DNA of 64,000 nucleotides, taken from a virus (taxonomy: Duplodnaviria; Caudoviricetes). The notes beneath the pieces are model-generated. The model saw only the letters and a program-made list of their open reading frames with translations, searched no databases and was not told the origin of the DNA. Made by a program: the position numbers and the translations under genes. Numbering within the stretch: position 1 is the stretch's first letter; each line of letters starts with the position of its first letter. The stretch lies in the IMG/VR virus record IMGVR_UViG_3300037851_000284, positions 32,001 to 96,000 of that record; one strand, 5' to 3'. Shown one piece after another: positions 7,759 through 14,492 of this stretch.

Positions 7759-8133
7759 ATGCCTAGAATAAAGGTTGCGTTGTTAATATATAAACCGTTA
7801 TCAGACAATCAAGACCAACAAGATAAAATCCTTCTGGTAGAAAGACCAGATGGAAGTATGTCTATTCCAACAGTACAAGTTGGAGACTATCAAGGGATTA
7901 AGGAATGTATTGACCATTTAGTGAACCCTCACATGGAAATAGAAGAGACGGAACCAATTGGTATCTATGAAGATATGGATATAGAAATACATGATATCTA
8001 CATAGTATACCTGTGCGAAGTTAAAATAAAGGCAACAATCCCTTGTAATTATAAATGGATAACAGGAAAAAGCGTTAGCTTCCAATATAGACATATAGAC
8101 CAAAATTCAAGAGAAATTATTGAGATGTTATAA
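7759..8133 (+). CDS. NUDIX-fold protein with degenerate Nudix box
   Basis: KVALLI...KILLVERPDGSMSIP...G then no REUXEE; later IGIYED...IVYLC and KWI as in MutT-like fold. Confidence 0.55.
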   Translation: MPRIKVALLIYKPLSDNQDQQDKILLVERPDGSMSIPTVQVGDYQGIKECIDHLVNPHMEIEETEPIGIYEDMDIEIHDIYIVYLCEVKIKATIPCNYKWITGKSVSFQYRHIDQNSREIIEML

Positions 8134-8139
8134 AATTTT

Positions 8140-8199
8140 AAAGGGTGTAAACAAGAGATACTTCTACCATAATGAAACTCTCTTGCTGCTTTTCCCTTT
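8140..8199 (+). ncRNA. Y-RNA-like unit D (minimal)
   Basis: AAAGGG/CCCTTT; TGTAA; CAAGAG/CTCTTG; ATACTTC; TGCTTTT. Confidence 0.65.
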
Positions 8200-8213
8200 A
8201 TTAACATTACATC

Positions 8214-8277
8214 GGACGGGTGTAGTCGGGAGATACTTCTATAACGGTGAAAAAAACTCCCAACGCTTTACTCGTCC
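8214..8277 (+). ncRNA. Y-RNA-like unit E (minimal)
   Basis: GGACGGG/CTCGTCC; TGTAG; GGGAG/CTCCC; ATACTTC; CGCTTTA; ends 20 nt before the Ro60 start. Confidence 0.65.
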
Positions 8278-8297
8278 ATTTTTAAAAAGGAGAACGT

Positions 8298-9776
8298 ATG
8301 AAAGCGAATACAAGTGCTGAAGGACAGGGACTATCCAAGATAACCGACGGAGTAGTTCTAAATAAAGAAGGAGCAGTGGCTTACGCTCTGAAGGATAAAG
8401 AGAAACTAGTCACAGGTATTTTAACGAACTTCTTTAAAGAGCCTAAATTTTATGGAGATAATACCCCTGAGATAATCGAGACTGCCCGTAAGATTATACA
8501 GGAAGATCCAGAGTTCGTGGCAAAGGCAGCGTGCTTTGCACGTAACAAGTTTCATATGAGATCCATCTCTCATGCTCTTTCCGCCGAAGTAGCAAGAGGG
8601 GCAAAGGGGAATAAAATTGTCCGCAAGATGATCAGAAAAGTCATTGAGCGGGCCGATGATATGACTAACATTATATCATATCATATAAACACATGGGGAA
8701 AGCGTGGGAAAGAAAATCCTATTCCAAGAGGACTTCGAAGAGGTCTAGCCGATGTGTTTCCTCGGTTTGACGAGTATGCACTGGCAAAATACAAAGGAGA
8801 GAGCAAAACCGTCAAACTGCGTGACGTTCTCAAAATGATTCATCCCACTCCAAAGAATAAGGAGCAGGGTGAAATGTGGAAGCGTCTTATTGAGGGAACG
8901 CTGGCTACTCCTGAGACCAGAGAGACAATACTCTCTGATAAAGGACAGTCAAAGGAAGTATGGGAAAGTATCCTAGATGGTAAAGCGGGATACATGATGA
9001 TACTCCGCAACTTGAAAAATATACTTGAGCATGGTATAGATGATACTCATCTAGATAAAGTGTGCTCTCTATTGAAGGATCCTGATGAAGTTCGTTCCTC
9101 AAAACAACTTCCGTTCAGATTCCTTTCCGCATACAGAATGGTTCAAGATATGGGCAATCCGAGAGGAGCAAAGGTATTAGAAACTCTGGAAGATGCTCTT
9201 CTAACATCGACCGAGAACGTACAAAAGCTAAAAGGAATAACTGCTGTACTGACAGACGAATCAGGATCAATGACTCGTCTATTATCAAAAAACTCGTTAG
9301 TTAGGTACAGAGATGTTGGTAATTTGTTGGCAGCCATTTCACACAGAATATGTGATAGTTCTGTTATTGTCCCCTTTGGCACAGATGCTGTAGTATTAAC
9401 ACTTTCTCCTAGATCAAGCGTATTTGATAACATGAAGAGAATGAATAGTTCTGGTGTTGGCCACTCAACCAATGTACACATAGCTCTAGGAAAAGCATTC
9501 TCTGTAAATGTAAAAATAGACAGGATAATCCTGTTCTCAGATATGCAGGCTTATGGATGCTCAGATGGAATAAATTCCATGGTTCAGAACTACAGACGTG
9601 ATAAGAATTCCAACTTATGGGTACATTCTGTAGACCTAGCGGGATATGGAACCACCCAGTTAACGGATAAAGTTAATCTGATAGCAGGATGGTCAGAGAA
9701 GATTCTAGACTACATAGGTCTCGTCGAGAACAGAGGGTTAAGTCTTGTAGAAGATATTGAAAACTACAAGCTGTAA
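8298..9776 (+). CDS. Ro60/TROVE-domain RNA-binding protein with C-terminal vWA domain
   Basis: NKEGAVAY start, DPEFVAKAACFAR, YALAKY, HP, TWE-like TRETILS, YMMILRNL, LPFRFLSAY, MIDAS DESGS, FSDMQ, DLAGYG. Confidence 0.93.
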   Translation: MKANTSAEGQGLSKITDGVVLNKEGAVAYALKDKEKLVTGILTNFFKEPKFYGDNTPEIIETARKIIQEDPEFVAKAACFARNKFHMRSISHALSAEVARGAKGNKIVRKMIRKVIERADDMTNIISYHINTWGKRGKENPIPRGLRRGLADVFPRFDEYALAKYKGESKTVKLRDVLKMIHPTPKNKEQGEMWKRLIEGTLATPETRETILSDKGQSKEVWESILDGKAGYMMILRNLKNILEHGIDDTHLDKVCSLLKDPDEVRSSKQLPFRFLSAYRMVQDMGNPRGAKVLETLEDALLTSTENVQKLKGITAVLTDESGSMTRLLSKNSLVRYRDVGNLLAAISHRICDSSVIVPFGTDAVVLTLSPRSSVFDNMKRMNSSGVGHSTNVHIALGKAFSVNVKIDRIILFSDMQAYGCSDGINSMVQNYRRDKNSNLWVHSVDLAGYGTTQLTDKVNLIAGWSEKILDYIGLVENRGLSLVEDIENYKL

Positions 9777-9786
9777 CCCTCTGATA

Positions 9787-9822
9787 ATACGGGGGATACA
9801 CGACAAAAGTATCCCTCGTATG
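9787..9822 (+). terminator. hairpin after Ro60
   Basis: ATACGGGGGATAC-N9-GTATCCCTCGTAT; weak T tract. Confidence 0.45.
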
Positions 9823-9834
9823 TTCTATACTAAT

Positions 9835-10047
9835 GGGATAAGTTAAGTGAAAAGCAAATATTCTAGAGATATAGGAAAATAGATTAGAATAGGCCCCCCT
9901 TTTGCATCTTTTCGGGGCTACTGGACATTTCTAAAAGATACTGGGTTGTTGACTACAACACAGTTAGTATGACTGTATTATACTTGGTAAGTGGGATCAA
10001 ACAACCTGTAGTCCTGTTTATTCCATGCTACCATCTTGATTTATCCC
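9835..10047 (+). ncRNA. candidate ~210 nt rod-like structured RNA
   Basis: GGGATAAGTTAAGTG/CATCTTGATTTATCCC closing stem with nested GAATAGGC/GTTTATTC, GGCTAC/GTAGTC, GGGTTGTT/AACAACCT. Confidence 0.5.
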
Positions 10048-10059
10048 CTTAATTTTATC

Positions 10060-10159
10060 TTTTGGAGTAACTTTGGATAATACAAGTTTTATTGAACAAA
10101 GGAAAGGAGTATTTTACAAAGTCGCGTCGCTGTAACTGTGACTAGTGCAGACTTCAAAA
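10060..10159 (+). ncRNA. candidate ~100 nt structured RNA
   Basis: TTTTGGAGT/ACTTCAAAA closing stem; ACTTTG/CAAAGT, AATAC/GTATT, GTCGC/GTGAC inner pairings. Confidence 0.35.
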
Positions 10160-10188
10160 CTCTTTTACAACGTTAGTTAAAAGTAAAA

Positions 10189-10608
10189 ATGACAAGTGTA
10201 CATTTAAGAGACAAAAACAATCTAATAACAATAGCAGTCGCCGGAAAAGTTCCAATAAGAGGAAGAACCTCCTCTAACCAATATTTTCATACCCCATTAG
10301 AATTATTACTGTGTTCCCTTGGTCTCTGTGTTGGAGGGATCATAAATAATTTTTGTCGCGTGTATGATATTAATCCCCTTATATTTGAGGATATTACCAT
10401 ATCTTTCGATGGATTTATATTTATTGTATCTCTAACTAGACCTTCTGATTTCAAGCTAGAGTTTGAAAGGTTGCTAGAGATTTACATAAAAGATTGTTCA
10501 ATAGCGAGAGAACTAAAAAAAGATTTATCCATAAAATGGGGCGTAAACAGCGCACCAGTGGAGAAATTGATAGCAAGAAAAGAAAAGCCTTGCTGTGGAG
10601 GAAACTAA
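10189..10608 (+). CDS. OsmC-like protein
   Basis: TPLELLLCSLGLCVGG and distal CSIARELK two-Cys pattern. Confidence 0.7.
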   Translation: MTSVHLRDKNNLITIAVAGKVPIRGRTSSNQYFHTPLELLLCSLGLCVGGIINNFCRVYDINPLIFEDITISFDGFIFIVSLTRPSDFKLEFERLLEIYIKDCSIARELKKDLSIKWGVNSAPVEKLIARKEKPCCGGN

Positions 10609-10928
10609 TGGCTTTGAATTTAAGAAGAGGACTATCGAAAGACGATCAAATACAACACGATAAAGAGATGAATCAAAAACCAGTAGTGGTAGATGAAGAG
10701 ATCAACCTTAACAACTGTGTTTTTTGTATTACAGGAACAATACAAGGAATGACCAGAGACCAAGCAGTAAAGAAAATATTGGAGAAGTTTCCAAGCGCAA
10801 GATTCTCACCATCTATGTCCTCAGATGTAGAATATCTTATTACTGGTACTGGATGTGGACAGACAAAATTACGGGTAGCAGCAAGAAGAGGAAGTACACT
10901 AATTGAAGCTAACTCAATCCTAAGGTAA
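10608..10928 (+). CDS. stand-alone BRCT-domain protein
   Basis: FCITGT...MTRDQA...SMSSDVEYLITG...GQTKLRVAARRG as in NAD-ligase/RFC BRCT; start set at ATG 10608. Confidence 0.75.
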   Translation: MALNLRRGLSKDDQIQHDKEMNQKPVVVDEEINLNNCVFCITGTIQGMTRDQAVKKILEKFPSARFSPSMSSDVEYLITGTGCGQTKLRVAARRGSTLIEANSILR

Positions 10929-10931
10929 TAT

Positions 10932-11159
10932 ATGCCTATATTGCAAGGTAAGTGGGTATCAAGCCATCTAGAAGAACATAGGAGAATGTTTGATAACCTA
11001 TGTGTCATTTTGTCAGATCTAGAACATAGTGACGTAGTATTACCAAGGAACGAAAACGGTGTAATATTATGGAATCAGATATCAGTTGAATTTCTAATTA
11101 ATTTTGCATTGTTAAATGCGACAAAGGTAACACATAAGCATACAGAAGAGTCAGCATAA
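10932..11159 (+). CDS. hypothetical protein
   Basis: 75 aa, coupled to the next gene. Confidence 0.5.
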   Translation: MPILQGKWVSSHLEEHRRMFDNLCVILSDLEHSDVVLPRNENGVILWNQISVEFLINFALLNATKVTHKHTEESA

Positions 11160-11674
11160 TGAATCATCCCGTTGAAACTATTAGTATATATCTATGTGGA
11201 TATATAGGCGGACCACAAGTTTTAGATAAATGTAAACAATGGCGCCTAGATATAATCAAACATTACAACAATTACAAGGGTCAACGATATCCCATAATTT
11301 GGTTGGATCCAATTAATGGTAGGGACGCAGGAATAACAGATGAACACGGTCTCCAATCCAATGTCCCACCACACGCCATAATTCACAGAGATTATCAATG
11401 TGTTAGAAGATCTGATCTTCTAATAATAAATACTGATACCTTTGGAGAGAAGAGACCACTAATAGGTTCAATATTTGAAATTGCTTGGGCGTGGGAACAT
11501 CATATCCCCATTATAATGATTACAGACGATTCAATATTTGTAAATCATCCATTTACAAATTATGTAGTTTCTCACAGGGTGTCTTCTGTAGAGGAATTAT
11601 TAGAAAAGAAGGTCATAAACTACTATTTCAAAGGGTGGAACGATGCAATTTATTACGAAGAAAGAAAAAAGTAG
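11159..11674 (+). CDS. nucleoside 2-deoxyribosyltransferase/Rcl-like hydrolase
   Basis: IYLCG...WR...DP...RDYQCVRRSDLLI...GSIFEIAWA. Confidence 0.8.
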   Translation: MNHPVETISIYLCGYIGGPQVLDKCKQWRLDIIKHYNNYKGQRYPIIWLDPINGRDAGITDEHGLQSNVPPHAIIHRDYQCVRRSDLLIINTDTFGEKRPLIGSIFEIAWAWEHHIPIIMITDDSIFVNHPFTNYVVSHRVSSVEELLEKKVINYYFKGWNDAIYYEERKK

Positions 11675-12017
11675 TTGGAATAAAAAGGAAATTAGGGCAA
11701 TAAATGAATCTATAGAACACTGGATAGAGATACTATGCGGAGTCATACTAAATCATTTATCTGGTCTTGAATTAATGACAGATATTTCAATGGATGGGGA
11801 CAGTTGCCCTTTATGTAATTTATGTAAAACAAATAACAACTATGAAATCTCCTGCATTTATTGTCCTATAGGTATAGTAGTAAACGCTTTTCATTGTATT
11901 AAAACTCCATTTTATAGTGTAAGATATGCGATGTTTAACGACGATTATGAGAAAGTAGTAAGAGAGATAAAGAAAGAAATCATATTTCTGGAAAAAGTAT
12001 TAAATTACTATGATTAA
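11643..12017 (+). CDS. Cys-rich hypothetical protein (paralog of 24278..24667)
   Basis: IEHW...SCPLC...C..CPI...HC..TPF...EI.FLE pattern. Confidence 0.6.
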   Translation: MQFITKKEKSSWNKKEIRAINESIEHWIEILCGVILNHLSGLELMTDISMDGDSCPLCNLCKTNNNYEISCIYCPIGIVVNAFHCIKTPFYSVRYAMFNDDYEKVVREIKKEIIFLEKVLNYYD

Positions 12018-12134
12018 CAAACAAAGAAATAGCATCAAAGATTCAAACTGAGCAGACACAAATGATATAGATAATATTATTTAGTCTACTAAAAGCATAA
12101 AGCTGATTTGTACATAAAAAGAGGGATTATTTTA

Positions 12135-12425
12135 ATGCCATATATACCAAGTAAAAGAAGAAGAAATCAGATAGACAAAATAGTAAAAAAAGCGATAGCT
12201 ATAGACATAAAGCCAGATGGAGAGTTAAATTATTTTCTTTTTCGTCTTTTTATCGAATCAGTGACCGAATCCTACAATAATGATAAGAATTATATAGCGG
12301 AACTCACAGAATGTGCTGCTGAGATTAGAAGAAGGTACTTGTCTTCTTATGAAGACATTAAGATAAAGACAAACGGAGACGTAGAGAAATGGAGACCTCG
12401 TGATAAAAAATCCCAAAATAAGTGA
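12135..12425 (+). CDS. conserved phage hypothetical protein
   Basis: MPYI...GELNY...EIRRR...YED.KI..NGDV pattern; start moved to ATG 12135. Confidence 0.6.
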   Translation: MPYIPSKRRRNQIDKIVKKAIAIDIKPDGELNYFLFRLFIESVTESYNNDKNYIAELTECAAEIRRRYLSSYEDIKIKTNGDVEKWRPRDKKSQNK

Positions 12426-12624
12426 TTTTCCTGTATCATCAATTAAGACAGGAGATATAGTACTAGAGTACATATCTTGGGATAATATAAAGAAGGTAAT
12501 GGGAAAAAGATTATACAGGAAATTTATGGAATTCATGCATGGACAGACGTGTATAAGGAAAGGAGTTTATCCTTGTGATATAGAAAACTTCCTAAGACCA
12601 CCAGACAGGAGATTTTTTGACTAA
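12400..12624 (+). CDS. hypothetical protein
   Basis: 74 aa; FMEFMHGQT...YPCDIENF. Confidence 0.5.
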   Translation: MIKNPKISDFPVSSIKTGDIVLEYISWDNIKKVMGKRLYRKFMEFMHGQTCIRKGVYPCDIENFLRPPDRRFFD

Positions 12625-12711
12625 TGTCTTATAAGAGTAGAAGTAATTACGCTATTGGAATGTGTGTATCTCAGGAACAGTGGGACAAGTGGTTTCCAAA
12701 AGGAGAAAGCA

Positions 12712-13170
12712 ATGAATCTGAGAAGCGATCAACTAACACCGATACAGGAATTAGTAAAACTGTTCCAGAGCAGGAAAGAAAACATAAAAAATAAGTATCA
12801 AATAGAGGAAGAGATAACTAATCAAAATACAAGAATGATACAGTTCTTTCAGTCAGTTTTAAAACCAATAGTAAAACGGACAGGAATCGGGTTTAATCTT
12901 TGTATAGAGGATTATTGTGTTATAGCAAGTATTATGGTTATTAGAAAAGGGAATAGTAGAGTTGAACCAGAATCATTCAGGGTATCAATAACCCTTCCAG
13001 AAATAGAAGATCTACTATCAAGCGCAAAGAATTTTACTTATTATACAAGAATGTTGTATATATGGCTAAGGTATTGTAAGACACTATTGAAATTGTCGCC
13101 AAAGTTTACAATACCACAAGAATCAACAGTTACAGTTACAATAAAAACAAAGACAAGGTACTTTGGATAA
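12712..13170 (+). CDS. hypothetical protein
   Basis: AGGAG RBS before ATG 12712. Confidence 0.6.
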   Translation: MNLRSDQLTPIQELVKLFQSRKENIKNKYQIEEEITNQNTRMIQFFQSVLKPIVKRTGIGFNLCIEDYCVIASIMVIRKGNSRVEPESFRVSITLPEIEDLLSSAKNFTYYTRMLYIWLRYCKTLLKLSPKFTIPQESTVTVTIKTKTRYFG

Positions 13171-13574
13171 TGACGGAAATTAAAGACAGATTCGAAAAGA
13201 GTGAACCTCCTGTATTGATAGGAACGTATACAGGAGGAGGAAAACCTGTATATGTACCCAATAAACCTGGAGAGCTAGGTCCTGGATTCTTCAAAGACAG
13301 ACCATTAAGTATTATGAACAGGATAAAAGAAGAGAAAACAGCACAGGATAATCCTCTAGATGTACAGGTTGGTGGTGACCATTATAAGGATTTCGAAATA
13401 CAACCCATTGTATTCTGCATGAAAAACAAACTCAATGCATGTCAGTCTAATGTCATAAAATATGTGTGTCGATACAATCTAAAAGATGGAAAAAAAGACT
13501 TAGAAAAAGCTAAACACTATATAGAACTACTCATTCGAATGGAGTTTGAAAATGAAAAAGGAACCAACTTATAG
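13170..13574 (+). CDS. DUF3310 (SaV-like) domain protein
   Basis: QVGGDHY...NVIKYVCRY..K.GKKDLEKAKHYIE. Confidence 0.85.
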   Translation: MTEIKDRFEKSEPPVLIGTYTGGGKPVYVPNKPGELGPGFFKDRPLSIMNRIKEEKTAQDNPLDVQVGGDHYKDFEIQPIVFCMKNKLNACQSNVIKYVCRYNLKDGKKDLEKAKHYIELLIRMEFENEKGTNL

Positions 13575-14139
13575 AGCTGGTAAAAGATGTTCTATCTACA
13601 TAAAAAAGATGATAGGTAGAGGATTTTGGAAACCAAACGACCGGCTCCCTCAAATATCTAGAATAGCCAAGGTTTTAGACGTATCGGTACCAACTATAAG
13701 AAAAGCTCTAAGCAGGTTCGAGAAAGAAGGAATAATACAGAACTGGGGACATCTAGGATATAGACTAAATTCCCCAAGATCAAACGAATTGAGAAAAAAG
13801 AGCAAATACTCCTTCTGGATTCGACAGTTACGGTTGAATCTAAGATCTTATGATGTATTGAGTAAGGGTGGATTTGAAATACAGAACTGGATAGTGAAGT
13901 TCTGCCAAAAAACCAATGTTATATTCGGATTAGATATAATATCCGGAAACAGAATTAGGTCCTCGTTGGAGGAGATATCTTCCATACTAGTTAACCCGAT
14001 CAGACTTGAGAAAGTGTTAGAAATAAAAGATAGCAATCAGTTTATTCAGAGTAAAAGGAGATTTGATAGACAGAGACTCCTTCTCCCTCTTGCTACCTTG
14101 GTTAACAGAAACAAAAAGTTATTGGGTATAGATGCATGA
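13546..14139 (+). CDS. GntR-family winged-HTH protein
   Basis: WKPNDRLP...IAKVLDVSVPTIRKALSRFEKEGII. Confidence 0.75.
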   Translation: MKMKKEPTYRAGKRCSIYIKKMIGRGFWKPNDRLPQISRIAKVLDVSVPTIRKALSRFEKEGIIQNWGHLGYRLNSPRSNELRKKSKYSFWIRQLRLNLRSYDVLSKGGFEIQNWIVKFCQKTNVIFGLDIISGNRIRSSLEEISSILVNPIRLEKVLEIKDSNQFIQSKRRFDRQRLLLPLATLVNRNKKLLGIDA

Positions 14140-14492
14140 ATATAATATATACTGATTCGTGCCATCCATTAATGGTAGAAAAAGTAAGATTAGAGTTATC
14201 AATGGGACTTGTGTTGGGAATAAATAGAGAAGCATGGACACTGAATGATGCCATGTCAATAATAACTCATCCCAACGTAATAGTAGCTGTAATTAACTCT
14301 ATAAACGAGTTTACTGTATTGGAAATGGCAATGTTGCACTTTATGTGCAAACCAATAGTAGTTACATCCAAGTCTATAAACTCGTACCCTGTTTTAGCAA
14401 ACAGGATAGTAGACTTTATAGAACCAACGTGTAATCTACTCGAAGAGAACAATTCCTTCATAGAGTGGTTTAAAAGATGGCAAAGGGAATAA
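14136..14492 (+). CDS. hypothetical protein
   Basis: 118 aa, ATGA-coupled. Confidence 0.55.
   Translation: MNIIYTDSCHPLMVEKVRLELSMGLVLGINREAWTLNDAMSIITHPNVIVAVINSINEFTVLEMAMLHFMCKPIVVTSKSINSYPVLANRIVDFIEPTCNLLEENNSFIEWFKRWQRE

Noticed and set aside
7443-8277. CRISPR array interpretation of the repeated TGTAG/TACTTC motifs
   Set aside because: Conserved parts are 5-7 nt, spacing is irregular, stems covary rather than repeat, and there is no cas operon.
8120-8320. 66 aa ORF between the NUDIX-like gene and Ro60
   Set aside because: Entirely overlaps RNA units D and E, whose base-pair covariation better explains the sequence.
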